From Eledone cirrhosa (Eukaryota), in contig OZ024740.1 in assembly GCA_964016885.1 (NCBI GenBank), positions 277,636,001 to 277,700,000 of the forward strand: a stretch of DNA of 64,000 nucleotides. The letters run 5' to 3'. The stretch's first letter is position 1, and each line of letters begins with the position of its first letter. A program made the position numbers and the translations under genes. This document shows, piece after piece, positions 25,501 through 39,905 of this stretch. The notes under the pieces are model-generated. The model worked only from the letters and a program-made list of their open reading frames with translations. It ran no database searches and was not told the origin of the DNA.

Positions 25501-26942
25501 GCAAGTGAATGTGATGAACAGATCGGGCCTGCTGTAATGCCGTACGTAGGTCATAGCATCCTGCGTTCTCTCGTGCATGTAGCGCGGACTTCCGGTGAAG
25601 GTGGAGTGCAGAATGCAGACTTTTCCTACGCTGCTGGGAGCTGCATCATTGTTGATGGCATCTCGGAGATGGATGTAGCTCTCGGACCGCAGTTGCCTTT
25701 GATGTGACCGTATGAAACACAGTCTCTCCGATTCCATTTTTGCGCACATATCAACGGCGAATTGCTGAAGTAGGTCTCTTGACTGGTGCAGGTGATTGAA
25801 GAAATCGTGGCGAACCATGAAGGGGTAGGAGTAGAAATCCATGCATGAAACTTGTTTTTTGACGGAGTGTTGAGTGTTTACTGGATTATGCTGGTGAATT
25901 CCGTACTGATAGCCCTCTTCACCATTTACAAAGAGAAGTGGATACTGGAGGGCATCGTAAGACCTATGTGTTTCGCTGATTCGCTGAAGAGTGCTATCTC
26001 GACACTTGAGGATTATGCTGACCCCCATGCATAAGTACAGCGATTTCATTGCATGCAGGATAATTATACCGACCCGGATGCTCCTCAGATAGCATTTTCG
26101 AAGCATCAATTACCACATTAAAATTGGCTGTGGTATCTGCTTCCAAGGCATACATGAAGCTAATGACATAGCTGTTTTTTGTGTGCGGTATGTCTTGCAG
26201 TTTCCTTATAAGCTCGACATTGGTACCGGGTTAAATGGAATTCCTCATGGCTACCTACTCGTTGACATTACCAACAAAGTACAGCTGAAGAAATTGAGGT
26301 GCTTGATAGGCGGCAGGTTGGAGGGATCCGAATCTATCGTACACCTGACCGAACCTTAAATGTGGGCATAAATCCGTCTTCCTTGAGAATGTTCGCCCCG
26401 AAAGATGTCATTTGGAAAGCACAGTTATACCTCCAGATGTAAGTCAGGATATGCCATGACTCCGCAGTACTGCCTGAATATAGGAGCTTCAACCGTTGTG
26501 GTGGATCTTCCAGGGGACGTAATTTTACTTTTCCATTTGCGCAACACAAGCCATGTCTTTCTCCGGGCCACTTTTTTGCATTGCAGAAAGAGCACGTCTG
26601 GATGGCCACTGTAATTAAAGTCGGTTGTACTCGAATGCTTTCAAGGACCATCGTGAGCTACACGGCCTTGAAATACCCTGTCCAAAGGCCCTTCGTTGAG
26701 CATTACATTGTAGTCGAATGTCTCGTTCTTGCGAGGTCTGTGTAGCTCGGACAGTAGCAGTATTCGGTTTGGCGAATGGTTCGTTGATTGTCTGTCTTAA
26801 GTGCTCTTCTGGTGGCAGTACGTTTAGCATCTTGCGACCGTCGAATAGCAGATTCCACTGACGATTCGTTTGCCCGCCCTGTTCGTGTTGTTGCTGCTTT
26901 CGCAGTTTTTCGGCCAATGGAGTATCTCTTCCTTCGAGGCAT
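22573..26942 (-). pseudogene. Helitron Rep/helicase (zinc finger, HUH Rep, PIF1-like helicase), multiply frameshifted
   Basis: Motifs in order: CSFCNAKKW..CCANGKV, PDLFITFTCHPKW, VEWQKRGLPHAHIL (HUH), KYICKYVNKG (Y2), FLDAPAGTGKT (Walker A), GDFRQTLPVI, LRNL..PRLYNGTR, and terminal TRNIVYNEVL*. Confidence 0.95.
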
Positions 26943-27470
26943 GACCTAAAAGCAGTACGAAGTACACTGAAACTCACTGGGAGAGTAAGGAGTAAACTCG
27001 TCAGTGAATTAAAAACCGATGCATGTGATTTCCGAGCGGGGTATGGATATGGAGAGGGGTAACAGTAAGAGCAGCGGTTGGAATGAGTGTAAGTTAGTGA
27101 ATATGTTGTCAGTGACAAAAATGGCGTAAATGAAACGCCACACGCAAGTACACACACACACTGAAGCACGCAAACGCAGAAACGCACGCAAACTCACACA
27201 CACACATGTTAATAGATTTAACTCATAATGGAACTCTGCGCGAACACACACACACACGCACACGCACACACACACACGCACGCGCACGCACACACACGCG
27301 CGCACGCACACACACGAGCGGACGCACACACACACGCACACGTGTTAATTATTATAGCTTTCCTTCCCCTCTTCCAGCGTCTCTCTCTCTCTCTCTCCCG
27401 CTATCCCCTCTTTCAGTCTGTCTGTTTCTTCAATCTCACTCTTTCTCTTTATAACTCACTCACATTAATA

Positions 27471-27602
27471 CTAAAGGGTTAAGGTGTTGTTCTCAAAATA
27501 AATAATATTAAATCTATGAGATTTTTATATTATGTGAGGTAAAGCCTTTACCTTTAAAATAATATAGTATATATAGAGTAATGTAAATGCTAAAGGGTTA
27601 AT
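27471..27602. mobile_element. Partial piggyBac-like MITE inside the Helitron 5' region
   Basis: Similar to the right half of 33362-33578 and ends aatgctaaagggTTAA. Confidence 0.6.
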
Positions 27603-30208
27603 TCCATCAGACCATGTGAGAGAGTTTATAATCACTCACGCACACATACTCACGCATGCAAACGCACACAAACTCACACACACACACGCGCGCACGTACA
27701 TACACACGCAATAGTTATTCCACTGTCATGTATCTTTGACGCATACAACTCTCAAAAGACGGCGTCTGTCACTCCCTCTATCTCTCTCTCTCTCCCGCTA
27801 TCCCCCTCTTTTAGTCTGTCTGTTTCTTTCACTCTCACTTTCTCTCTGTAACTAGTTCACATTTCTCCCCTCTATCGAAAAATGCTGTGGCGAATGGGGA
27901 GAAGGAGGAGGAGGAGTAGAGAGCCACTTCTTCACTTCGCCTCTCCGTTTCTTTCTCTCCCCTCTCACTCCCTCATTATGTACAGACATTGGCCACTTCA
28001 CTAATTCGATCCCTAGGTCAGAATCATTTGAAATACTTTTTTGCTCAAAACACTTCCGGGGCCACACGGGTTACATGTGTAGAGTTTGATAAAAACGGTT
28101 GGGTACTTCTCGAGTTTTAGGGAAACAGACACACATACAGACATCCTCCGTTTTATATATATAGATTATCTATAATTGTGCTTCATAGAACGCAACGTCA
28201 TCAATGCTGTAAATAAATATATAAATATACACCAGGTCCGATCACAAAGGACACAAACTCCCACTATCACCGCCTCCGTCCTCCTGCCCTCCCCATCTCT
28301 CACTATTATGAGCAAATGGGAACCCACTCGCTTGCCACCCCACAGCCCCGGCGGACATAATAAAGAAGGCGTTTCCACGGAGGATGATAAGGGAGATGCG
28401 TTGTAAGAGCCATTCATTCCAGCTCAAGAGCATTGTCTGTCCGTCCGTCCGTGACGCTCAATTTACATAGAGAGAGAGGGAGCGCCAAGCGAGAGATATG
28501 TACATAGTTAGAGAAGGAAAAAGTACCACCACGTGTTTTCGATGTGACAGAAAGAGGTAGATAGTTGAAAGTTGCGACGTTCCTTCATCTATATATAAAA
28601 AGAAGGGGAAGGCCAAGCGAGAGATATGTACATAGGTAGAGAGTGAAAAGAGAACGCCGTGTGTTTTCCAGGTGGCAGAAAGAGGTAGATAGACATGAAG
28701 TGACGACTTCACGTTCATCGTCATAGATGAGAAAGAGATTTATATAGAGAGAGAAAAGGAATGTGATTTGATTAGAAAGAGAGACGGGGAGATAGAGAGA
28801 GAATGAATGTGTGTGTGAGAGAGAGAGAGACAGAAAGAGGGATAAGACGCAGCCTTCATCTAGTTACTATGTCAGCAGAAGAGCACCCACGTGTCAGGCG
28901 TGACCTGGATGCAGCCCGGCACCCTTCGAGTGTAAAAAAATAAGGGCTAAAACACTCGCTTGGGTAGGGGTTCCTCTCTGAAATCCTTCTGTTTTCTAGC
29001 TCGCCTGAGAGTATCCTGCCACTTATTCGTGACAACAAACGTTAAGACCAGTGGTCAATTCAATTTTGAAGACGGAGACAGGAAATAAGAGTAGAAACGA
29101 TCTAGGGGAATAAAAACGCGTAGTACTTACCATGAAGGCGGTGCTCGAATTGAAAAGTAAAAAGCATCCTTTTTATTCAAATATATTACAATTTGGAGTT
29201 TCTATTTTATATTCATCTAAAATATCATAGTAACATATATAGATACGTTTCAATGATATAATTTCAATATACAAATTTGTTGTGTCTACATATGATTTTT
29301 TAAGTAGTTAGATTCAATTTAATTTGATTGAAATAGTCAAATATTAGCGATCCTAGACTGATATGCAACACATACGATGAAACACGTGTCAGTTTTATGC
29401 AATAAATGTTATTTCCACTCTTGTGGAATGTGATGTTTTGAATAATAATTTTGTGAATTTCTATATAAACTCCGTAAATTGTTACACTTGGAACCACTAG
29501 TAAAACTACTACAGGATTTACCAAATGAAATAATTCGACCGCTGAGTAAAACACTGCTGTAAGCGGCTCCAGATTCTTGTTACATGACGGACACCTAATA
29601 ATGATGTAATTCTCTCTCTCTCACTCTCTCTCTCTCTCTCTCTCTCTCTGTATATATATATAATATAATTAGGATTTAGCTTCATGCATAGCTGTATACA
29701 GATATGTATTGGAATTTCGTATTTCTAAAGAAATACGGTATGTTTATAGGTAAACATACCTATTTCATCAGAAATACGAAATTTCAATATATATATAACC
29801 CTATAACCAAAGTCAACATATGTGAATTAAAACGAAATTAAACTACAATAAACAGACTAAGAAAATACAAAATTCTCAGTTATAAAAATGATTAATTTTC
29901 ACACAAAAACAACGTCAATTCAACAAGAAAATCATCATTAAATCTCTTCATATTTTATATAAAAAAATCTATAAATTACAACTAATAACTGAACCTTAAA
30001 TTTAAACCAAACAATTATTGGTTAAATGAAATTATAATAAAATTAAATAAAACAAAATCTAACCCAATATTCTTGCATTAATGTGACGAATTTCATTAGG
30101 TTTCAGTCTTCCTTTTTTACTTAGTTTTGGTCTTTGTAACTGGCAACCAAGCAATCTGTTCTATAATTATAGAACAGATATAATTATAGAACATATAATT
30201 ATAGAACA

Positions 30209-31173
30209 GCCGCTTTTAAGTACCTTCTTGAGTTCTTCCCCAAGTTATCTGAGACCAAAATCAAAGGTGGAATTTTTGTTGGACCTCAGATAAAGGTGTT
30301 TGAGTCTACCGAGTTCTCCAATAAGCTCAATAGGAATGAGAGAACAGTATGGAACTGTTTCAAGGCAGTTGTTAAGGGCTTCCTGGGCAACTACAGAGCT
30401 GAAAACTACCAGCAACTGGTGCAGGATCTGATAAAGGCTTTTGGCGCTATGGGATGCACTATCTCGCTTAAACTCCGTATGCTGGACGCTCACCTGGAAA
30501 AATTCAAGGACAATATGGGCGCCTATTCAGAAGAACAAGGCGAACGATTCCACTAAGATGTGAAAGAGATAGAGCGGAGGTACCAGGGCCACTACAATGA
30601 AAAAATGATTGGGGACTATATGTGGGGGCTAGTGCGGGAATGCGACCTGGACTACAACCGCAAATCCAGGAAATCCAGTCATTTCTGACGTGTATAAGTT
30701 GCTTTATAAGTGTTATTTGTTTTTACTTGTTTGCTTTTGATAAGCTTGTGTAATAAAATAAATATATACTCTGTTGATTTAATTATATGAACTGATAAAT
30801 TTAAAAATGCTTTTTTTCTTGAAAAATATGAAAATTTCGAAATATCAAACTCCTGACCACTAACCCAAACTTCTGATTAAATAATAGTGTTTTTTAATAA
30901 TAATTGTTTCTACTTTAGGCACAAGGCCAGCAATTATCCAGTGCATTACTGGTACTTTATTTTATCGACCCCGTAAGGATGAAAGGTAAAGTTAACCTCG
31001 GCGGGATTTGAACTCAGATCGTAAAGGGACGTAACTATGCTGGGAAGCATGGCGTCCGACCCTCTACCGATACTGCCAATCCACCGCCCGAAAGTGTTTT
31101 TTAATAATAATGGGATATAACAAACCATGAAATGACACTTAGAACCGGGGAACAAAAAATATGTTACACGGTG
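30209..31173 (+). mobile_element. 3' fragment of a Chapaev3-like (CMC) DNA transposon
   Basis: Translation K.GIFVGPQI...FLGN...SLKL..L.AHL..F..NMGAYSEEQGERFH*D...ERRYQG...GDY.WGL, ending at 30688. The terminus gttacacggtg is followed by TAA. Confidence 0.75.
30905..31092 (-). mobile_element. SINE family A with a 19-bp target-site duplication
   Basis: agtgttttttaataataat occurs at 30886-30904 and 31093-31111. Confidence 0.9.
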
Positions 31174-33065
31174 TAATCATTGCAATGCATTTAATTCCTA
31201 ATCATGTTAATTACCAGACTATCAATCAACATAAACACATAATTCTCGTAATAGTAAATTGTCGCATACTCATTACCGAACAAAAATAAAAATTAATCAA
31301 CCCACCTGCAATCAGGTAAAATATGAAATTAAAAACTAACAGTGAAATCAACAAAAGAAGAAAAAAAAAATTAAATCGAAACGCGATGACAGATGTCAAC
31401 CATCTAATACCAATATTAAAATTAATTATCTCACAATCTGTCTAGAAATTATAATTTATTATTAACAATTAAATTTAGAATAAACAAATAAATGAAAGCA
31501 GAAATGGAAATCAAATCAAAATGTAATAATGTTCTCAAACACATCCAACAATTTAAATTAACACATCACCGTTCTACTCACGACAATACGCATTATTCAA
31601 GCCAAGAGACTAAAGTTCAGCTACACAATTAATTAAAGAAATTAGAATTATAAATTAAATTCAATAAATCTAGAAACTAACTTACCATATATATTTGAAT
31701 CTGTTATAAGGTAGTGTTCTTCGTTATTAGGTCAGACCATGTCTCACTTCATCGGGGACTTCGAGTTAAAAGACTACTATCGGGTCTCGAATAATAGTCC
31801 TTCATCCCTCACATTAATTTTTCAGAGTTTTCCATCTATCCCACCCCTGTTTATTAAAATTTACTAACCTATATCCGGCAAAATTTTATTTTAAGTGGTA
31901 GAATTCCTGGGACAATAAATTTTCTTTAGAATTTAAAAAACATTATGCGTGACAAGAAAAGTGCATTACTAGAAATCCCATACTTTATAAAACATATAGG
32001 ATGGGTTGGGTCTCAATATGTAAATTAAACGACTAATTCTGGTTTTTTAAATGTCGACGGAGAAAACCTAGAAAAATTACCGATTCCGCCACACACATAC
32101 GTACTTATTCCATTTCACACCCTTACCTATCATTTGGGACCCAAGAATACCTGGCTTTGTTCAGTGAAAGTAGCTGATAGAATGTACCTATACTGTATAT
32201 ACCACCGACACCTATCACAGATCTGAATATCCACTAATCTGTTAAGTGAAACCCATCCATTTAAGTTTGCGTTCACCGTTAACACAACTAAACTCAGAAG
32301 ATAAATAGAAATTAGCCAATAAAGCAATGCTGTTACATTTTATCGACCACCCAACACACATAAAATTATTATCTCACAGTTTACCAAGGCCAGGAAAATA
32401 AATAAAAAATTACATTATTCAAAATAGGCAAAAACAGAAAATAAACTAAAACGCAACAATGTTCACAAAACAGACTCCATTTAAGACCCCCTGAATCCAC
32501 AAATCTCCGCCTGTGTCACGATACAAGTCACCAATAAACTACAAAAACATTCAAATCCAGATTTCTGAAATGTACTCGCACCCTGAACCCATTAGACATT
32601 TGTATGCATAACACCACCCAACATCCTGCCGTCATAAGCATTTCTTCTCTCATAATTCAACTCCAAGCTCGAAGCAACAACAAACTTTCTCTAAAATCTG
32701 TCTGTGCGTACGAATGTGCACAATAATTACGGTGTCTATTGCTGTCTAACTATTTGATTCATCAGGTGCTTGACTTTATCAATTACTAATGTCTAAATAG
32801 TTCACCATATTAATATCGCAACCACTAGTGTCTGCCTACAAATCACTAGGGTAAAGTCTATATTATAAATACTTGAAATACTCATAATTACGAACAAACA
32901 TATGTTATATAACTCTATAACATTCACTAAACTGCTCAAAGAAATCCATCTTTCCCTTTTACATTAAACTTTAAGGAAACTAAACTCACAAGAGTCAGCC
33001 AATAAACAAATGCTGTTTAAACACTTTTTCTACAAATTTAATTCATAAATTGTTAAAAAGAAACT

Positions 33066-33265
33066 TGGTGGATTGGCAGTATCGGTAGAGGGTCGGACGC
33101 CATGCTTTGCAGCATAGACTTATGGCCCTTTATGATTTGAATTCAAATCCCGACGAGGTTAACTTTGCCTTTCATCCTTACGGGATGGATAAAATAAAGT
33201 ACCAGTCACGCACTGGGGTCGATTTAATCGACTTTCCCATCCCCCAAAATTGATGGCCTTGTACT
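33066..33265 (+). mobile_element. SINE family A (longer subfamily)
   Basis: Matches the other copies and adds a ggggtcgatttaatcgact segment. Confidence 0.85.
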
Positions 33266-33361
33266 TGTATAAAAAAAAAAAACATTATTAAAAAGAAACT
33301 TAACAATCCAAATGGTATACCCGAAGAAACTTTTTCCGTGTTTTTATTTATGTCTATTTAA

Positions 33362-33578
33362 CCCTTTAGTACTTAAACCGGCCGTATCCGGCAAGAATTT
33401 TCTCACCTCTTTCTGTTTAAACCAGCCATAACTTAACACTCATATTTATGATAGGGTATTGTTCTCAAAATAGATAATATCAAAATCATATAGATTCAAG
33501 ATTATGTGAGATATGTGAGGTAAAGCCTTTACCGGGAAAATACAATAGTCAATATATAGTAATGTAAATGCTACAGGG
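33362..33578. mobile_element. piggyBac-like MITE
   Basis: TTAA on both sides, with termini CCCTTTAG... and ...CTACAGGG. Confidence 0.8.
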
Positions 33579-33699
33579 TTAATTTTATAACCAAATAATA
33601 AATCTACGATTCTCTATATCCCATCTTCAAATAATTTTAAGTCTAAATTTGCATTGAGAGTAGAATAATCATCGACACGCATGGCTTTGATTTCTTTAA

Positions 33700-34965
33700 T
33701 AATCTGATGTTTTGCTAAAAATGCAGATGTAATATCCCAACGCTAATTTATACCCACGTTGTTATCGACAATTACTCCAAGGTAACTGGTGTTGTGGATA
33801 CCATGAGTTTTTCACATGAAGGAAGATAATAACTAAAGTGCATACTCTTTTCCAAAGTGAATTATCCTAGTTTAGTAGCATACTTATATATCAACAAGTA
33901 GATCCAATTGAAGGCATGTCCGGTCTCCCATTCCATTTTTGACGTTCTGGATATTGGAATCAACTTGGAAGATTCTCATTTTGTTGTAATTAATGACGTC
34001 TTTGGTGTAAATAATTGTTTCTACTTTTGGCACACGACCAGCATTTTTTTCCAGTGCATTACTGGTATTTTATTTTATCGACCCTGTAAGGATGAAATGC
34101 AAAGTTAACCTCGGCGGGATTTGAACTCAAGCCGTAAAGGGCCGTAACTCTATGCTGAAAAGCATGGCCTCCGACTCTCTACCGAAATGGGCACACCACA
34201 GTTCCTTGTCTTGTAGGGAGTCACTACTGGCTGTGGCTGAGCTTCGTCGTATTCCTTCGATCACAACCTGCTAGGTTCTATTCTACAGGAATCACTTCAT
34301 CAACTTTAGTAGCTTTCAACAACCTCCACTTTTGGATAGTTTCTTCAACAAGATGCTGTTGTCAACCTTCTTAAAGGCCTTGCTGAAATTAAGGTATATA
34401 ACATCAGTATTATAACCCTCTCCCAACGCTTTTAGGATGTCATCGAAGTGATGCAGAGGCTGCCATCACGGAACCCATGCTACATGAAGTTCAGCCAATT
34501 GTTGATTTCATAGAAGGGAGTTATTCATGGTCTCAACATCCTCTTAAATACTTTAATAATATGAGTGTTTAGTGAAATCTGACGGTAAATCACTGCAAGG
34601 GATTTGGTTAACTATTTGAAAACTTGGGCAGCAGACTGAGATGGAAAATGTTCGGGGATATAGCCTGCATCCAGTGAGATTTTTCAGAGATTCATTAGAG
34701 AAGATGCAAGTTTATATCGACCATCCATCAGGAGACTAGCCGGTACGCTATTGGAGCCTACTGCTGAGTTGTACTTAATTTTGTTTATTGCCACTATGAT
34801 ATCGGGGACGACACATTTTATGGCACATATAGTGTGTTGAGCGTTAACATCACTGATATTGTCCAGATCAGTCATATATAAAAGTTGCTTTACCATTTCA
34901 TCTGATGACATTGTTCCACTATTTAACACAATATCTATTCGGACTTCCAATTATACTTGTACAAA
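33700..34965 (-). mobile_element. Decayed LINE RT fragment (CR1/L2-group-like), with a SINE at ~34012-34185
   Basis: Minus-strand traces SAVGSNSVPASLL, YRQISLNTHIIKVF, DVIYLNFSKAFKKVD and LGVIVDN. Confidence 0.7.
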
Positions 34966-35402
34966 AGAAGTTTAAATATATTTTAATTGCAACGGAATGA
35001 ATGGTAATTTAGAGTCTTTTATCTAATAGTGAATGCGCTACACATTACAACAGTAGACATTTAACATGTCAAGCTGCTCTTCTGTTATTATCGAACTAAT
35101 TAGAATAATGAAACTAAAAATTACAAATGGTCTCTAATAATATAATTACTAGTAGTTATGTTGAGGAAAAAATATATGTGATTTAAAATAATAATAGTAA
35201 TAATAACAATAATAATTCATTGGAATGAAAGTATTGGGTAATAATTCAATTAATCTGTAGTAAAATTTGCCGAAGAGTTTATGCATTACAAAAATGTCAG
35301 AGAGTGTCTTCAATTTAGTAATTAAGTTAGCGAGGACTCTCTGGTCAGAGATAAAGTATTGTTAAATTTCTGAAGAATCATTCGAACTTAACCTTATAGA
35401 AT

Positions 35403-35905
35403 AATTGTTTCTACATTTGGCACAGGGCCAGCAATTTTAATGGAAGGGAAAATTCGATTAAATCGATCCCAATGCGTAATTGGTATTTCATTTTACCGAC
35501 TGCGTAAGGATGAAAGGCAAAGTTACCCTCGGCGGGATTTGAACTCAACATTATAAAATAATGATTTCTACTTTAGGCACAAGGCCAGTAATTTGAAGTG
35601 GAGGGGAAAGTCGATTAAATCTACCCAGTGCAATACTGGTAGTTTATTTATCGATCACGTAAGGATGAAAGGCAAAGCTAACCTCGGCGAGATTTGCTTT
35701 CAACCTTATACAATAATTGTTTCTACTTTTGGCACAAGGCCAGCAATTATCCCAGTGTATTACTGGTACTTTATTTTATCGACCCTGGAAGGATGAAAGG
35801 CAAAGTTAACCTCGGCGGGATTTGAACTCAGACCATAAAGGGCCATAACTCTTTGCTGCAAAGAATGGCGTCCGGCCCTCTACCGATACTACCAATCCAC
35901 CGCCC
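35403..35905 (-). mobile_element. Cluster of three stacked SINE family A copies
   Basis: Copies at ~35403-35548, ~35563-35698 and ~35718-35905. The last is flanked by caaccttata(c/t)aataat repeats. Confidence 0.85.
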
Positions 35906-37703
35906 TCAACCCTCAACCTTATATAATAATGAAAGCATATAAGATGACACTATGACTGTATTCCATTAATATAGTATTTTTATATTATGTTCGAGTCAAC
36001 TGAAGCACTCTGAAAGTGTGCCAAAATTTACAATAAAGCATTATGGTACGACACAAAAGATTGTTACGTATGTTTTATTTGATATGGTTTACAAGAGACG
36101 TCAGACCTCTAACTTAATTTTGATTTCACTTTTGTTATGGCAAATGAACAAAATGTTCATTCTTCCCGGATTAAAAAATGTTGCGCTATTTTTCTATAAC
36201 TCTTTTCATTCGGAGGTCATCTTTGACGTTCATCCTTCCTTGATAAGATAAGTACCTGCCAAGTATTGAAGTTTTGGGACTAGGATAGCAATCAATAGTT
36301 TGCCAATGCAAATCGAGATCTTCGTATTAATGAAAGGAGACAATATTTCCGAATATCAATTATTTGGGCTGGTATGTTCTTTGATAGATGGATATGTCGA
36401 CATTTCTAATGCATCGTTATGATATAACCAGAACAAATGTAGTGAAGAATCCTTAAGGAAACGTTGGTATTGAAATTGCTCACCTCTTTGCATGCTTTCA
36501 AATGAGATGAAAACGTTAAGCTTAGTGAGGTAAAGTATTGTTGATTTTATCTCGGATTCGATCACCATTCAATTTAAACAGATTTATATCTCGGTTCCAA
36601 GTCGTAACATCATTAGAATATAGAACTGAACGTGTTTCATATTTTAATTTGACGCTACACTCAACACATTAAACCCTTTTTTATATTTCAGATTTTGCAT
36701 CTATCTTCCTCAGAATTGTAACAATTAATCAAAGAATTATAAATGACATGATAAACTATATGGGCGGCGTTGAAAATATATTATATAGAAATATATAGTT
36801 GGATGCAAGATTTGGAAAAGGTTTTCATTGTTTTTGAGCACCAAAATTATATGCAAGCAAGTCTGCAGGGATATTTGTTCGTAACACGAGAATTTGTTTT
36901 TTATTCTGGTGCTGGTTTCCTTTTTTGAGATAAATACTTTGGAGAGGAAACATTATCAAACTAGCACACATATATCTACATTAAACACTAGATTTCTGCG
37001 CTATTTACACTTTCTTAAATTGATTATTCTTGCGTTATCCGAATGCAATGTTGATCATGCTTTCAACTTTCTAAACCATTCACGAGAAAAAACATCCACT
37101 TTAGTGATTTGCTCAAAAGGATTTTTGTTTCAGTTGCTTTGGCTGAATAATTGCTTGGAAAAGTGACCAGTCACACCCTGATATATCATCCACCCAAGCA
37201 CGTTTCTCTATATTTATCGTGATATATTTTATATGTGATTTAATGTAAAAAGATTATGCTCAATTATATATTGCATGGCAACTTATTTTGTCATATAGTT
37301 GAATTATTTTAAAATTGTGCATCGCCCAATAATTCTGGAACAACGCTTTTCTTTTTCTCTCTTACACTTTATAATCTGATGATAACATATAGGCTTCATT
37401 AACATAATGTGCTAAGATGGGAATGAATAAGATTATATTTTAACTGTTTCTAATTTGAAAAATTTGGTAAGTGTTTAGTGGCAAAACGCAAATACAAACC
37501 AACTATGTCAGATCGATAAATACTTATTGAACACGCTAACAAAGATCATTACTTATAAAGAGGTTCAAATGTAAGAGAAAAATTCAGAGTGCGGCCGATC
37601 AATATAAGAATATTCGTTCACAGCGGAAACATAAAATGAGGTATGGGGGTATTTACAAATACACAGAGACAGGCAGACAGAAACACTCAAACTCATTCAC
37701 GCG

Positions 37704-37737
<34 letters not shown>

Positions 37738-37738
<1 letters not shown>

Positions 37739-38220
37739 TGTTATACTTTGGGAGGGTCATGTTGCCAATAAGAAACACACGGAGCAGTTGCTTTCACTCC
37801 AATTTATTATAAATTAAATTTATAAATTTATAAATACCCGGTTGGGGATTCTTTTCTTTGTTCTGTGCCTCTCCTTTATTCTGTCCTACGCCATCTTGCA
37901 CACAACACACACAAAAACAAGATGGCGTAGGACAGAACAAAGGAGAGGCACAACACAAAGAAAAGAATCCCAAGTCACTGAAGAGCTCACAGAATGTGTG
38001 ACAAAAGAACTTTGACAATATATGAACAACCGTCCGGTTGTGGAACCAACCAACCAACCGGAAATTTATAAATTTATAAATTTAATTTATAATAAATTGG
38101 AATGAAAGCAACTGGTGCGTGTGTTTCTTATTGGCAACATGACCCTCCCAAAGTATAACAATATCGATTTCAACACACGTTTTCAGATAAAGATCCTTGC
38201 TAAACAAATTCAGAAACGAA
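37738..38220. mobile_element. Head-to-head inverted PLE-type terminal-repeat insertion in (TA)n
   Basis: 37738-37898 is the reverse complement (with an internal deletion) of ~37918-38160. The right arm has a ~60-nt extra tail and the motif CTGAAGA-gtcaca..tgtgac-AAAA. Confidence 0.8.
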
Positions 38221-38234
38221 ATATATATATATAT

Positions 38235-38516
38235 GTTCACTTGTATTACTGACTTGTTTCTCATTTTTCCACTCTTTACGTTACCTCACCATTCTTGTTT
38301 GTTTACATGTCTCTCTTTCTCCACCCAATTCTTTTTATCCTAATAACTTATTTTAGTTATTGCTCGCGCTGGTCTGAGGTATCTGATCTTTAATGCGAAG
38401 ACATACTTAAGATGGCCAGAATATCACTGATGATGGATAGTCCTGGCTTCTAGCTCTATTTTTTAATTCATATGTATCACATTCGCAACAACGCAGCAGG
38501 TCATTTTATCATTCCT
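38235..38516 (+). mobile_element. Decayed terminal-repeat-like island related to 39280-39475
   Basis: Both share tgtttgtttaca...ggtct..atcaCTGATGA..attcatatgta..gcaac.acgcagca and end at (TA)n. Confidence 0.5.
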
Positions 38517-38529
38517 ATATATATATATA

Positions 38530-38745
38530 CAAATGAAAGTACAGCATATTCGAAGTTCGAGCAGCAGCTAGGCCAACGAATGCTTTCAGCAGTGCAGTCA
38601 AGCACTCGACAATGTATAAACCTCAGAGTAATAACATAGAGTTTAAAGGGCTTTGCAAATTGAAGATAGCGACCGGTAATTCAGGTGTGTGATCTGTAGC
38701 AACGAAAGAACTGACTAGTGAGAAAAAATACATACACATACATAC
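38530..38745. mobile_element. Dispersed short element in a microsatellite, with an inverted copy at 43270-43462
   Basis: Near-identical reverse complement. The 38530 copy is ~45 nt longer at the (TA)n end. Confidence 0.7.
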
Positions 38746-38761
38746 ATACATACACACACGC

Positions 38762-38857
<96 letters not shown>

Positions 38858-39470
38858 TTTCCCTGCTGTGACCCGTCTATTTCGTTCTTACTGCTTCCTC
38901 TTTCTCTGTATCTTTACCCTCTCTAGCAGTCACTCTCTCTGTTAGCCTCTTCCTCACCCTTCACTCACTCATTCTCTGTTACTACCTCTCCTCCTCCTCC
39001 TTCTTCCCGTTTGACCTGTGCGTAATTCTTTTCTTTCGCACCCTTGGTCTGGCAGGTCGCTTTTTTTCTCTCTCTCCTCTACGATTTCACAGAACTTATG
39101 TTCACCGAATTCACAGACTAGATTCCTTCTTCCTCCCGTTAGACCTGCACGGAATTCCTTCCTTGCTCACATTCCAACCAGGTTTGATGGTCTTTATTCT
39201 CTCTCGTTCACGATTTCACCGAATTTATATTCATAGAATTTTGGGACTTGACTCCTTCTTCCTCACTTTTCGTTGCTTCACCATCTTTGTTTGTTTACAC
39301 TCGTGTCCCCTTTATTTACGTGTCCCAACGACTTTTTTTAGCCGTTGCTCGAACCAACCGGAGGTATATGGTCTTTAAAGCGATGAAATACCAATGATGG
39401 TTGGAAGATCACTGATGAAGGACTAAATTTATTCATATGTAACCCATTAGCAACCACGCAGCACGTTTAT

Positions 39471-39533
<63 letters not shown>

Positions 39534-39554
39534 TATCTGTATATACAACACACA

Positions 39555-39615
<61 letters not shown>

Positions 39616-39699
39616 GTTATTCCGGGTTGATTCGGAACACAACCCGGAATAACATATATATTAAAGGAACGATCGACTTTCGTCAAATCGGACCGAAGA

Positions 39700-39882
39700 A
39701 ACAATGTTTCCGTTGGTCTTTCCAATTGCTAATACTATCTATCGGTCGCAACTCCAGGTAGAAGGAGCAACATGAAATAAAGTGTGTTGCTCAAGGACAT
39801 AACGCATCGCCTGGTCCAGGAATCGAACTCACAACCTTACGATTGCGAATCCAATTCTCTAACCACTCAACCACACGCCTTC
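39700..39882 (-). mobile_element. SINE family B
   Basis: tRNA-like head plus CORE-like segment. Confidence 0.75.
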
Positions 39883-39905
39883 ATTTTGACATATATATAT
39901 ATATA

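Larger units (their letters stand above)
21470..28165 (-). mobile_element. Formerly autonomous Helitron (3' boundary uncertain)
   Basis: The 5' end A|TCTATATATATAAAA..gtctgtatgtgtgtctg at 28165 resembles that of the small Helitron. It contains the RepHel pseudogene. I could not find a clear 3' hairpin and CTAG. Confidence 0.7.

Noticed and set aside
28166-29600. GC-richer segment with (GTCC)n and ~120-bp internal repeats next to the Helitron
   Set aside because: Probably a repeat, but no termini or coding motifs could be defined.
31560-31790. LINE endonuclease traces (QETK-like, IGDF)
   Set aside because: Too short and degenerate to support a call without a search.
36692-36820. Exon candidate after a strong tttcag acceptor
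   Set aside because: All three frames hit a stop before a credible donor.
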